Shown here piece after piece: positions 36,301 through 47,500 of a stretch of 64,000 nucleotides of DNA. Each line of letters begins with the position of its first letter. The first letter of the stretch is position 1. The notes under the pieces were generated by a model. It searched no databases and had not been told where the DNA came from. It saw nothing but the letters and a program-made list of their open reading frames with translations. This stretch comes from Podarcis muralis (lineage: Eukaryota), in NCBI RefSeq assembly GCF_964188315.1, contig NC_135667.1, forward strand, positions 11,532,001 through 11,596,000. The letters run 5' to 3'. Position numbers and translations under genes: made by a program.

Positions 36301-38110
36301 AGCAAACACCAAGGCGAGGATGTGTTGGTAGAACTTTCTTATCACCCTACAAATAAAGTGTGTTACTATTTTATGGGGAATAAAGCAGTGCACAACATCG
36401 AGATGTGATAGATTTAACTGCCTGTGTTAAATATTCTTGTAAATATTCAAATTGCTTTGTCCTTTTAGAGTTAATTTTTGGATGTCTCCTCCATCCAAGT
36501 CAGAATTTTTATTTGTCTGAACACAAAGATTTAGAAGAGATCTTCACTTACTAAGCTTCAGGTTTTTTAACCATGTTGCTTTTTATTACTAGAAACATGC
36601 ACAATTATTGAAATCATTTCTACACTTCTTTGTCAGTTCTTGTCCCTAGGAAGATAAACTGGTATTAAATGAAAATAAAGGAATTGGCAGCTGCCATTTT
36701 GAATACGAAGAATGCCAAGTGACGATCTGGCAGTGAAGATGGTAAAATGGCTCTCATCCTATTATTACTAAGTGCATTTATGGCTTATCCCTGATTGCTT
36801 TCAATGTGCTTTAGACATAACTTCAATTTTATACCACCCTTCACTGAAGCATCTCAAGCTGGGTTTTACAGTTCTCCTCTCTCCCCTTGCATACTCAGGA
36901 AAGCTCCTAGGTTGTAGTTGGCCAAGTAAATGGAGATTTGAACCCAGATGTCCCCAATGCAAGTCTGCCATGCTACATTACTGTGGGCAGGAGAATCAGT
37001 AGCTAGAAAGCAAGTGGTAGTAATCTGAAACTGAATCAGCTCAAACATGGCTGAGGTTTCATTTCTGCACCTGGTACGTGGCAGGGAAGGGGCAGTGGTG
37101 ATGACAGCTTACTTCTTCACTACAATTGTGTCCACAACTAGGTGTCTGGGGGCCACATGACTTGGAAAAAATGTCTGAAGAAGTAGACAAATGCTGGCTC
37201 CATTGAAATGTAAAGCGAGATGAGCAACCCCAGAGTCGTTCGTGACTGGACTTAACTGTCAGGGGTCCTTTTACCTTTACCATGATTAAATCCAGTGAAA
37301 TGGTATGCAGTGCGCCCTCTGTTCCATCTTTGCTAGATCACTCTAAATTATTGTGGCCGGAGGATGTAGTGAACGCACTTGAAGAAATGAAGCTGCCAAA
37401 TTGATCCCTTGCCTGGCTTATGGAAGGAAAAGCAAGGTTCGGGTAGGGTCCTAGAGCTTCCCACCTGGTTCCCAAAGCTGGAAAAGTGCTAACTAGGCTT
37501 TGGGAAGGAGGGAGGAAGGCTCTAGGACCTTATCAGAGCCCATGCCTCTTTCTCAAAGCCCAGCGCCTTGCTTACCAGGTTTTGAGACAGCACTTCCATG
37601 GCTCTGGGCCCGATGTATGGCAACTTCTTGCAGAACCCTAACGCTGCCCTTGTGACTGGGGAGGTCTAGCGAGTGATAGATGATTCATTGGAGGATGGAG
37701 AGATCCCATGTATCTTGGAGCAGGTTATGGTGTATCCCCTCTTTCAGAGTACTGCTCTAAACTAAGAGTAGAAGAGTCTTATAAAAATCTTACTATTGGG
37801 TTTAATCTTACTTTGGCTTTCAAAGTGAACCAAGTGCTTTATAGTCAGATATAAATGTAGAAAGAATAAATGAAATTGTTTAAGAGCCATTTACTTACCT
37901 TGGGTTGTCAATAAAGAACTGAGAAGGGTGTTTATGGAAGGAAATGCTGGGGAATATGCAATGGAAATGGGACACTATCGCGCCAATGGTAAGGTCACCT
38001 TGCTCATACCATTCAGGTAGAATATGCACAGGATTATTTCTGCTGCAAACAACAGTATGCACTTGGGGCACCATACTGGGAAACAGTAGGAGCAGGAGCA
38101 GCAACAACAT
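26464..38110 (-). CDS. V2R gene C, 6 exons, intact, 883 aa (892 aa from ATG 38137)
   Basis: Exons 37899-38110, 36055-36346, 33939-34829, 30552-30779, 28429-28555, 26464-27365; canonical splice sites, open frame. Confidence 0.93.
27784..28022. mobile_element. Tc1/mariner-type MITE, gene C intron 5
   Basis: Near-identical to 13842-14080. Confidence 0.82.
28429..28555 (-). CDS. V2R C exon 5
   Basis: 127 bp, matches B exon 5. Confidence 0.92.
28984..29674. mobile_element. Solo LTR-like element, gene C intron 4
   Basis: Near-identical to 15042-15732. Confidence 0.6.
29943..30448. mobile_element. Composite MITE, gene C intron 4
   Basis: Paralog of 16001-16506. Confidence 0.75.
30552..30779 (-). 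CDS. V2R C exon 4
   Basis: 228 bp, identical to B exon 4 by eye. Confidence 0.92.
30983..31469. mobile_element. Penelope-like element relic with inverted arms (gene C intron 3)
   Basis: Paralogous copy of 17041-17530; arms 30985-31128 and 31284-31427. Confidence 0.75.
31159..31196 (-). ncRNA. Minimal type-I hammerhead ribozyme (Penelope-type), intact core, in gene C intron 3
   Basis: GUAU-CUGAAGA-U-GUGUG(UAUG)CACAC-GAAA-GCU-C-AUAC: full core, 4-bp stem I, 5-bp stem II, palindromic AGCU in place of stem III. Confidence 0.8.
32157..33700 (+). mobile_element. 5'-truncated L1-type LINE, gene C intron 3
   Basis: Same ORF2 C-terminus; AATAAA tail; 13-bp TSD AAAAATCTTTGCT; empty site in gene A. 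Confidence 0.85.
32227..32673 (+). mobile_element. LTR-like segment inside the gene C L1
   Basis: Paralog of 18281-18726. Confidence 0.55.
33939..34829 (-). CDS. V2R C exon 3
   Basis: 891 bp. Confidence 0.93.
35482..35731 (-). mobile_element. Squam3-like SINE, gene C intron 2
   Basis: Same insertion site as the B copy. Confidence 0.82.
36055..36346 (-). CDS. V2R C exon 2
   Basis: 292 bp. Confidence 0.93.
37150..37281 (+). mobile_element. Degenerate Sauria SINE 3' fragment
   Basis: ...CCCCAGAGTC...CAGGGGTCCTTTTACCTTTACC tail. Confidence 0.6.
37899..38110 (-). CDS. V2R C exon 1
   Basis: [17 protein letters not shown]...FIDNPR, donor GTAAGT. Confidence 0.86.
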
Positions 38111-38964
38111 CCTCATCACAAATATCCTTCTGCACATGGACTCTCCTTTACCTATCTACAATATTGTTACTATCATCAGTCTGACTTGAACAGGATGTAT
38201 TTGGTGACAGCTGATTCTGCCAATTCTGTACTTAAAGAGGCAGGTATCAACCTTCTCATTAACTTCAGCACTGTCACAAAGAATTAATTGAATGCTATCA
38301 TTTGAAATCCAACCAATACAATGAAAAGCAAAAGCTGGCCGCTCCTCTCCTCCCTTACCTTAGCTGTCTATGCAACACCACAGTACTTTTAATCATTTCA
38401 GAATTAATTTTTGATTCTTTATTTTTCATTATGCCTTCTGTTGCTTTGCCAGGTGAATTGATTATAGTAATTTTAATAATTACAGGTCAGATAACTTTTT
38501 GTGCAATGTTTTTTGACTCTTTGATGTGTCATCAGTAGAACTGCCAAAGTAAACATATTTGTCACAAGGCAGAATCAAAGGTTAGGAAGGGATTTCCAAG
38601 GTCATCCTGTGCAATTGCTTGGTAATGTAGGACATCCAGAACTACAACCAAACCAAGAAAAATAAAAACACCCCACCTGTAGGCAGGCATCCATCTTCTC
38701 CCTAAAAACTCCTCTACAAAATGTATTTAGAGGTGAGCCAACTGCATCCTTTTCCCACTTGTCTAATTTCCTACTGCTATTGGCCCTGACTCTCTCTGAC
38801 ATATGTAACATTGATTCCATTTGCTAGATCTTGGAAACAATGATGGAAATGGTTCAAACCATATCAGGATACAGAGACCCTGGATAATACAGTCCAGCTA
38901 CTTTTGAAAGAACATGTATATACCGTTTGAAGCAGAGTGACATGCTTGGGAACACCTAAGACAG

Positions 38965-39439
38965 TGTCAGGGCCTGGCTGGACAAGGAGAGTAGTGTCAG
39001 CCGGTGGCCCAGGAGGCACCTGAGGGGGAAGCAGACTTTGAACCAGGTTCAGACAGGTGGGACAGAGAGGAATCATCAGCAGAGACTGAACAGGAAAGGG
39101 AGAGGCTTGAGGGAGCCACAGAGGTGATAGAGAAGGAGTAGGGGTTTTGTCTTCTGCTCTGCCATACAGAATTGATTCGTCTCCTTCCCCTTCCCCTTCC
39201 CCATTCCCAGCACATGAAAAAAGAGTCAAGAAAAGGCTGGAACAATTAAGAATGGAGGTATTAATAGGGGATGAGAGGGAAAGGAATTTAACTTCTGCAA
39301 CTGACCTGCTTAGCTGATGGAAGTGCAGTGTGATATCTCCTTGGTTACTGCGCAATAAAGTTGATTACTATCAAGCCGTGCCTATTTCTGATTACAGCAT
39401 TGAGCCACAGATGAAAGGGCTTTTCATAAAAGCCTGACA
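38965..39439 (+). mobile_element. Solo LTR upstream of gene C
   Basis: TGTCAGG...CCTGACA 7-bp terminal inverted repeat, AATAAA at about 39354; absent from other upstream regions; no TSD seen. Confidence 0.68.
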
Positions 39440-40655
39440 GAGCTCCCTTGACCAACTACATTCTTTCAGGAGCCCAGTTATGTCACCCCTTGCCTGCAGA
39501 GCTGGCAGCACCCCACACTTTTTCAAACACCCTCCCTCATAGCATGTTCCCTCAGCCTCCTCTCCTCTCGTGTCTCCTTGGGAGACCTCTGGGCATCTGC
39601 TGCTGCCTTTCCTGGTCAGAGCTGCCCCCTTATCTCCTTCCCCCTAACACTTCCCCCTAACAGGGGCCTTGGAAGCACGCCCTGGCCAGCGCCGGAGGAA
39701 CCATTCACCTGGGGAGCTTAAAGCCAAGGCTGTACAAGCCTAAGGGAGGCCGAGTCACAAGAGGGCATCAGAGGAGGGAGCGAAGGAAAGAGGGACAGAG
39801 GCCAGTGTTGTGCTCTGCACCCCTGTCCATCATTCAAGGCACCCCAGGATGCCATGGCACACTGGTCGAAAACCACAGGTTCAAGACATCGCTCTCATAC
39901 TCTGGTAGGAAACAATACTTCAGAAAACTGTCAGGGTGGCACATCAGTGTAAGGTAGTAATAGGCACTGTTATGCCGTCCAGATGTTTAAGGACTCCAGC
40001 TTCCATTATCATTTATAATAATGGTTTGTTGTGAGCTGGTGGGAGCTGCCATTTAGCAACATCTGGAGGGCCACAGATTGACTACCGCTGGTGCAAATAA
40101 GAGTAGAGAGTAGAAAAAGGCTCCATCTCTAGGGTGATATTGATCTGCCAGGGGTATTTCAAGTATTAGAGACCTGACTCTAGAGCAGTTTCTACATATG
40201 GCAAGGTGGATCACTTCCTGTCTCCCTTCAAAGCCCCGTGTCAACTGAGGTATGAGATTCCAGAAGTGTAGAAATCCAAGTCTATCCTGGGAGTTCTGAA
40301 ATTGGTGTCTTTTTGTGCCTAGAATGGCTAGTGGAGTTCCCTTGTGATTTCTGGTTTGGAGCACTTTTAAATGTTCTGCTTCATCATATTATGAACAACA
40401 CAAATGAATATATACATAAATGTAGGGGCTTAAAAATGAATCACACAAAACATGATCCATGATTTAAGAGAACTACTGTCGCCATGAAATTGTCACTTTT
40501 CATTCATTTCTTAAAATAATCTGTACATGTATGGGGATGGTTGGTTTGGTAATTAGCACAGTGGCATTTCTTGATTGGCTTCCTTGAGGTGTGATGATGC
40601 AAGCTGCCCAAGGTATATATAGTCTAAATACAGAAATGACAAACTATGGTGTTAT

Positions 40656-41557
40656 TTACATCTTTCTCCGTATCAGCTGCTCTCTCTTATTCAGCTCAGG
40701 CCTCACCACAATAATGTAGCATTTAGGGGAAAAGATGCAACCCAGCAGCCCAGCACTAGAAGCCAAGATGGAGAAGATCTCCACAGCCACCATGTATTTT
40801 CCTCTGGTGCTCAAGTATGTGGGAATAAAGGAGAACCAAACACTGCAGAAGACCAGCATGCTGAAGGTGATGAACTTGGCTTCATTGAAGCTGTCAGGCA
40901 GCTTCCTGGCTAAGAAGGCCACAGTGAAGCTGATAATGGCCAGGAAGCCCATGTAGCCCAAAACACCATAGAACATGAGAGCTGACCCTTCATTACATAA
41001 GAATATAATTTCTTCACTCATTGAGTGCATGTCCACATCTGGGAATGGGGGAGTGGTTGCCAACCAGAAGGCACAGATTCCGACTTGAATCAAAGAGCAG
41101 GAAAGGACAATGGAGTAAGCCAGTTCTTTGCCTACCCACTTCCTGATTGTGGATCCTGGCTTGGTAGCCATGAATGCCAAAACCACTGAAATAGTCTTGG
41201 CCAAGATGCTAGAGAGGGCCACAGAGAAGACAATGCCAAAAGCCGTTTGTCGGAGTGGGCAGGTTGCCTTATTAGGCATTCCAATGAACATCAAGGAGCA
41301 CAGGAAACACAAGAGGAGGGAGATGAGGAGAATGTAAGTGAGGCTTCTGTTATTGGCTTTGACAATGGCAGTGTTCCAGTGCTTAATGAAAAGGCCAAGT
41401 ACCATAGCTGTGATCAGGGAGAATAAAAGTGCAGAGAAAGTTGAAATCATGGCCAAAGTTTCACCAAAGCCTAAGACGTTTGGTTTCTTGGGAATGCACT
41501 CATTCTGCTCTTGATTTGGATATTGATGCGGAGGACATCTGGCACAGGTTTCCAATC
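40656..41557 (-). CDS. V2R D exon 6 (7TM)
   Basis: 902 bp including stop. Confidence 0.95.
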
Positions 41558-44500
41558 CTGAAAAAAGGTTGCATGACAATTGGAAACAATCCAGAACATG
41601 CTGAAGAGTGGTTTTTTTTTTAAAATTCCCCTTAGCATGTACCAACTTTATGTCTTGTCGCATCAAAACAGACTTGGGGTGGTGCTACAGTAGTGGTTAA
41701 TAACAATAAAATGCATTATTAAAATGTGTACAACCCATAAAATGTGAAGAAGAGGAAGAAGAATATTTAAGTCCACAATGTGCCTTGTTCTTAGAGAAAA
41801 GACCACCACTTCTATTCCAGCCTCCCTTCTCCAAACCTTTAGTGTCTTCCAGGACAGTACAAATTTTATATTATTTATTAAAATGTGGCAGCACAGAAGT
41901 GATTCACTGGCAATAGGAGATTGCATTAAACATTATAAAGCGTTACATGCAATAATGTTGGAAAATCTTTACATTATGCATATAGTCACATTCTCATGTT
42001 ATACACCCTAGAAATAACTTGTATATGCTCTCACCCTTCTCATTTGAGAACATCCCATGCGGACATGGATCACAATCATAACAACAAAACTTCTTGCCCT
42101 CCTTCTTTTTCTTCTCATAACCAGGACGGCAGTTGGCATTACATAATGAAAGGGGTGGTACCTATCCAAAGAGACACAAAGAGGTGAATATTCAGAAAAT
42201 GTTTCAGGGATTCATCTAACATAAGGTGATCTATCAGTAAATAGGAGGGCCAGAAATGTTAAATGTAGGATCCACACTCTCAATATATTCAAATCTCTTC
42301 ATCCTTCATATAAAGGAATTGGGAATGGAATTTAGCAAATATTGGGTTAACAATCCTGAAAGGAATTGGCATTAAAACATTCCAAAAATGTTTATTAGTG
42401 TGAACTTGAAAGTCAATATTCCAATGGTACTTTACTTTATACAGAATTTATTTATTTATGTAGGCCGAAACTGGCACTCTTGGATATATAACAGAATTAA
42501 GGCAGATCCAATACATATATTTTAAAGTTGTAAATTAATAATTCCTTTATGGACAGAAGTACTGAAGAGTTCTCCTTCAGAAGTCAACTGTGGTTAAACT
42601 TTACCTAGTGCTCTTTTTCTTTACAATATATATTCTCAAAGTAGGAGCAATCATATGGCCACTTTTAGTTCTAGTAAAACTGAGATCTGCTTGTGAAGAT
42701 ATTGATGCCTTCTATGTGGAGGTGTACCGAGGCTTCCTTGTCCCCTTGGCATGGAGCTATTTTGGCATCCCCACCATCCCTTGCACTATTGGCAAGGAGA
42801 TATCAGTGCTTCCAAAGTCGGAAGAGACCATGGAACAGGAACTTCTAAAGTTTGCTTTTCATCACCTTTTGTGCTCCTCCTGGGCCATCAGGGTTGGGTC
42901 TGCTCTGCTCCTCCCCCTGCCTTCCTTTGTCTGCCTGCCTGCCTGCCTGCCTCCGTCGCTTTGCATACCACCTGCTCGCCTTATATCTATTACAACTCCA
43001 TCCACCAGCCTCTCTTCTCTTCCCTCCAAGCTAAGCTTTGCACTCTACTCACACTTACAACAGTGCCATCAGATAACTAGGATGTGGAACTGCACCGCTG
43101 CTCCGATGGCCAATGTGGTGTCATGGGCCAGGAGTCAGCTTCACCTACCAAGCAGTAGCCTGAAGGAGCAGAAGGCGAAGTGACTCCACCTGCTGCTGAT
43201 CAGCTTTCTTGCTCCTGATGAGAACCAGCTGGCTCCAGCTTTTTAAAGCAGGGTTTCCAGCCTCAGTCAGTCGCTGTAAACAACATTTGTCATCCCTGAT
43301 CAGACCTTGCTGCTTCTTGTTTCTCGTGACCTTTGACCCCTGGCTTTCTTGACCCCCAGATTGTCTGACTATATGAACTGAGATACTCCAGACCTTACGA
43401 CTGGACTGGAGCGTGTATATGGACTCTACCTCCAAGCAAGTACCCCTCTGAGATTTGGCTGGTTGACTGGCTTCTCCCTCTTGGAGCTCAGCCATGGCTG
43501 GCAACACACGACTATGACAAGCACCTGGATTCCTCCACCGAGGTACTGAGAGGAGCCTGAATCCTTTGTCCAGCAACCCATGGAGTACATGGCTGGGCAG
43601 CCGGGCTCCAAGCCACTCTGAGCAAGGCATGATTTGGGGGGCTCCTCCTTGGTCTGTGGCAGGGGCCAACCTGACAAACACTTCCATACACCCCTGCTTC
43701 TATCGTTCCAATTCAACACTAGAATCTTAAGCGGCATCAGTGTGAACCTGAAAGATTCCAGTGTTTATGCATAATGATATGGTTAGATTGGCATTCTGTC
43801 TAATGCCACTATGTAGAGAGCTGCCTTTAACAAACAAGCATTTTGTACAACACTCTCTGATAGTCATTGGTCCTTCTTGGTTTGATATGTCTTCTTTGCA
43901 TGTTGCTCTTTTTGGAGCAATGGTTCATTTTATTTTTTACAAAAGAACTATTAGTAGCAGCGTTATTAGTAGTGGCAGCACTTCCCTTTTCACCTCAAGT
44001 GGCAAAACATGTCTGTTGGATAGTTGCAATACCCAATATCTGGTTATGGGCCCAGCATTGAGTATATGACTGCCCATTTTTGGACTCTGAGAAAGGTTTG
44101 AAGTCTACTCCTCCTGTTGGTGTGGTACTGGAAGATTTCAAGGATGACTGACCATGTTACAGAAGCCAAGAAAGCTCTTACGTTTCCAGAGCTGACAAAT
44201 GAGAATTATAGTTCATGGTCGTTTGGTGTGGAGGCACTTTTGACCTCTCGTGATATGTGGCAGTATGTGACTGAGGACCCTGCTAACCCCATGAATGATC
44301 CTTGGGCGATAGGAGATGCAAAAGCCAGGGCAATAATTAATTTGGCTGTCAGATACCAACAAGTGGTTTACATAAGGAATAAGAAAACTGCCAAGCAAAC
44401 GTGGGAAGGTCTTGCAGCAGAACATCTTAGGAAGGAGTGTGTGTCTTATTAATGTTTTTCAAGCAGCTTTACCAGACAAAGCTGCAGCCTGGCGGTGACT

Positions 44501-47500
44501 TGGCGGCACACTTCAGGTGTTTGGAGGAAAAACGTGATGAATTGATTCGAAGGGACATGGTGATACCCGATATTCAGTATGAATTTATCGTTCTTTGTTC
44601 CCTTAATGAAGACTTTGATGGTCTAGCTGGCCAGATATCTACCATTCCACCAGCACAATTAACAGTGGAAGGGGTAACGGCAAGATTAATGGGCGAGTTA
44701 GACCGAAGGGAGGCTTGTGCGATAAGAACGGCTGGTTCCAGAAATAATGAGGATAGCCGTATGCGGACTTGCGGTGACACGACTGCATTAAAAGTTGCCA
44801 AGCGTTTTTCCTGCAATAAACAAGGACATTTTGCAAAGGATTGCAGATCCAAAAGAAACCACACAAGGTACTCCCAAATCTGCTTCAGCTCAACAATCAC
44901 AGTCGTCACCCCAGCAGCAGCCGCCATCATATTGTAAAGGCAGATACGAGCCACGAGCTTTTCACACAGGTGCCAAGTGGAATTTTTTTGGTTTTTGACT
45001 CTGGAGCTTTGAGGTATATTTGCAATGATCAGAGTTTTTGTTAATAGCTTTTGTTAATAGATGGATCACAACATGGACATTCTATTTATCATTTGGATAT
45101 AAAAACTGCATATTGGTTTGCAGATTTGCTTTTAAACCATGCAAAGATATTTTTGCATCTCTTCAGTGATTCCATCTGTGTGGTCTACTCTGCACGCACT
45201 CTGCAACAAGTTCCAAATGACCAATAATGCCACCCCTTTGTGCAGTGATGTCCTTACCCGAGTGAAGGCTCTGTGCCACTGGATTCCATCCTCATTAAGG
45301 GTGAGCTCTTTTCCAGGAGGGGCCTGAGGATCCAGCCTTCCGACTTTGACCTTGACATAGGAAGTATTTGGGAAAGTGACCAGGTTTGTAATATCAAATC
45401 CACCTGCTAATTCTCCATGTTCATTTAATGTGATTTCATCCCCAGCACCGTTGTTGAATGAGATTCTGTGCAGAAATGAGTGCAGCTAGGTGGAAAGAGA
45501 ATCAAAAGGTCTATGAAGTGTTGTGAAAGTCTTACTAAGATAATTCAATAGTTTTCCGGGAAGAATATAAGCTCTTTTCCTCCATGGGTTCCCCACTTCA
45601 GTTCCCAATGGAGAGCACCGAAATTTCGACAGCAGATCAAATAGAGAGGGAAATTGTGAATCAGTGTAAATTCAACAGTCATGGGATACACACATAAAGG
45701 CTGTAAATCTGTGTGTTTCAGAGCAGCCTTTGTTAAGATTCAAGCTGTAGAAGGGATTTGAGATGATGGGCAAGGACTTCCGGGTTAGCGCGGACAGCTA
45801 ATGGCGGATTCCCTCCGAGCTCCGGAGGGAATCGGCTCCGCTGGAGACGGGTCCTGCCGCGACGGCGACGCGGAGACCCTCAAAAACCGCAGGCGCGGAT
45901 GCCTGCGGACCTGGTGACTCGGTGGGCACCTTAAACGCCCCCTCTGACCCACGAAGAGCCTTTTTAAAGGCTTTGGAGAGGGTACGGAGAGCGGCGCGGT
46001 GCTGAGAGTAGACCGCTACCCCAGTGGAGCGAAGCCGCGTGCCATGGCTGAAGAGCGCTGACTTTTTTCCCTGAATTCGGCTGGAAAAGAAGCAACCCGT
46101 GAGTAAAGTGGAATTGGGACTTTAAAATATTTATTTCTGAATTCGGTACAACCGGGGTGTGTGTTAAAGGGAAGTCCGCACCCCCCCCCCCCATTGCAGA
46201 CGATCTAAAGCAACAATAGAAGAACTAAGCTGGAGAGCCTACCCTTTGCGGGGTGAGTTAAAAAAGACATTAACTTCCAAGATTTGGTAAAAAGAAATTT
46301 GAGCTGGAGTGAAAGAGTGGAATCTTAGAAGCTTTCTTTTTGTTGTGTACAACCCCCCTCCCGGGCCCGGGAGCGTCCTGTGTTTGAGCGTATGGAAGAG
46401 GAATACGGAGTTTGACAGCTGTCAAAAGCTGTCAAACGGACAATTTAAAGCTGAAAAAATTGTTATTTAAGATCCCTCTAGATTAAAATGAGTTACAATT
46501 GAACTAAAATCGTTGGAAACAAAGAAACAATAACGAGTCAGAGGTTTGTTGGAGAAAGATTATTAAGTAACCAGATTCCCTCTAGGGGGAATTCTGTGAT
46601 ATTACAATGGCTGCGGATGGAAAGGTACTAGCGGAAATCGAAAGAATGTTTTACTTGGTGGGAATCTTACAAGAGCAGAGTCTGGCTATGAATAAACAAC
46701 TCATGACCTTGACCTCTGGAATAAGCAGCTCTGCTGAATGTATTGAGGACTTGAATGAGAAAGAATCTGCAGCTGGATTAGAAATGATATCTCAAGAAGT
46801 GGAGGAGACTAAACAAGGAAAAGAGAAAGCAAAGATGGAAAGTACCAACCAGAAGTTTACACTAGTGGAGTACAAGCAAGGAGACTTTGGGATCACATTG
46901 ATTACAAATCTGCGAAAGATGCAAAAGACGAAGGAGGAGGCCCCTGGAGTATATGGAATACAGGTATTTAAAACAAAGAAGAAATTTGATTGGGGCCCCC
47001 ACTCTGACTCTGAAGATGCATGGCCTGTGGAACTTTTGCAGCAGTTGTTCCTAAATATCCTTGTGGGAAGAGAACCTGGTTTGATGGGGATAGAACTCCT
47101 TCGAGATTCGACGACCAACATAAAGGACTACCAACAAGACCGGCGGAGAGGGACTGAAAGAAACTTGAAAGCCTCGGACGTGAGGAATCCAGGCTAGAAT
47201 GGTTATTTTGGACACGTATTGGGGAAGGGACGAAAACCGGGGATGGGAGGGAGGGAAGAATAGAACTTTAAAAACATTTATGACTTTTGGGTTTAGTTAA
47301 TATGACTTTTATCTAATACAAAATGGGAAATCGATGGAAGGGAATTTGAGTCCAACTTAGGAAAAAAAACTTATTTTTTCATAAAAGATGTAATATTAAG
47401 ATGGTAAAGAGGAGAAATAATAATTTGCTGACACAATTATGGGAATTGGGATGCATGAAGGGGGGTGGGGGGAAGTCAAGGAACAAGGTTAAGAAAGTAG

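Noticed and set aside
42590-43183. 197-aa ORF in gene D intron 4
   Set aside because: TTG/GTG-type start, low-complexity content, partly deleted in B and C, no motif recognised.
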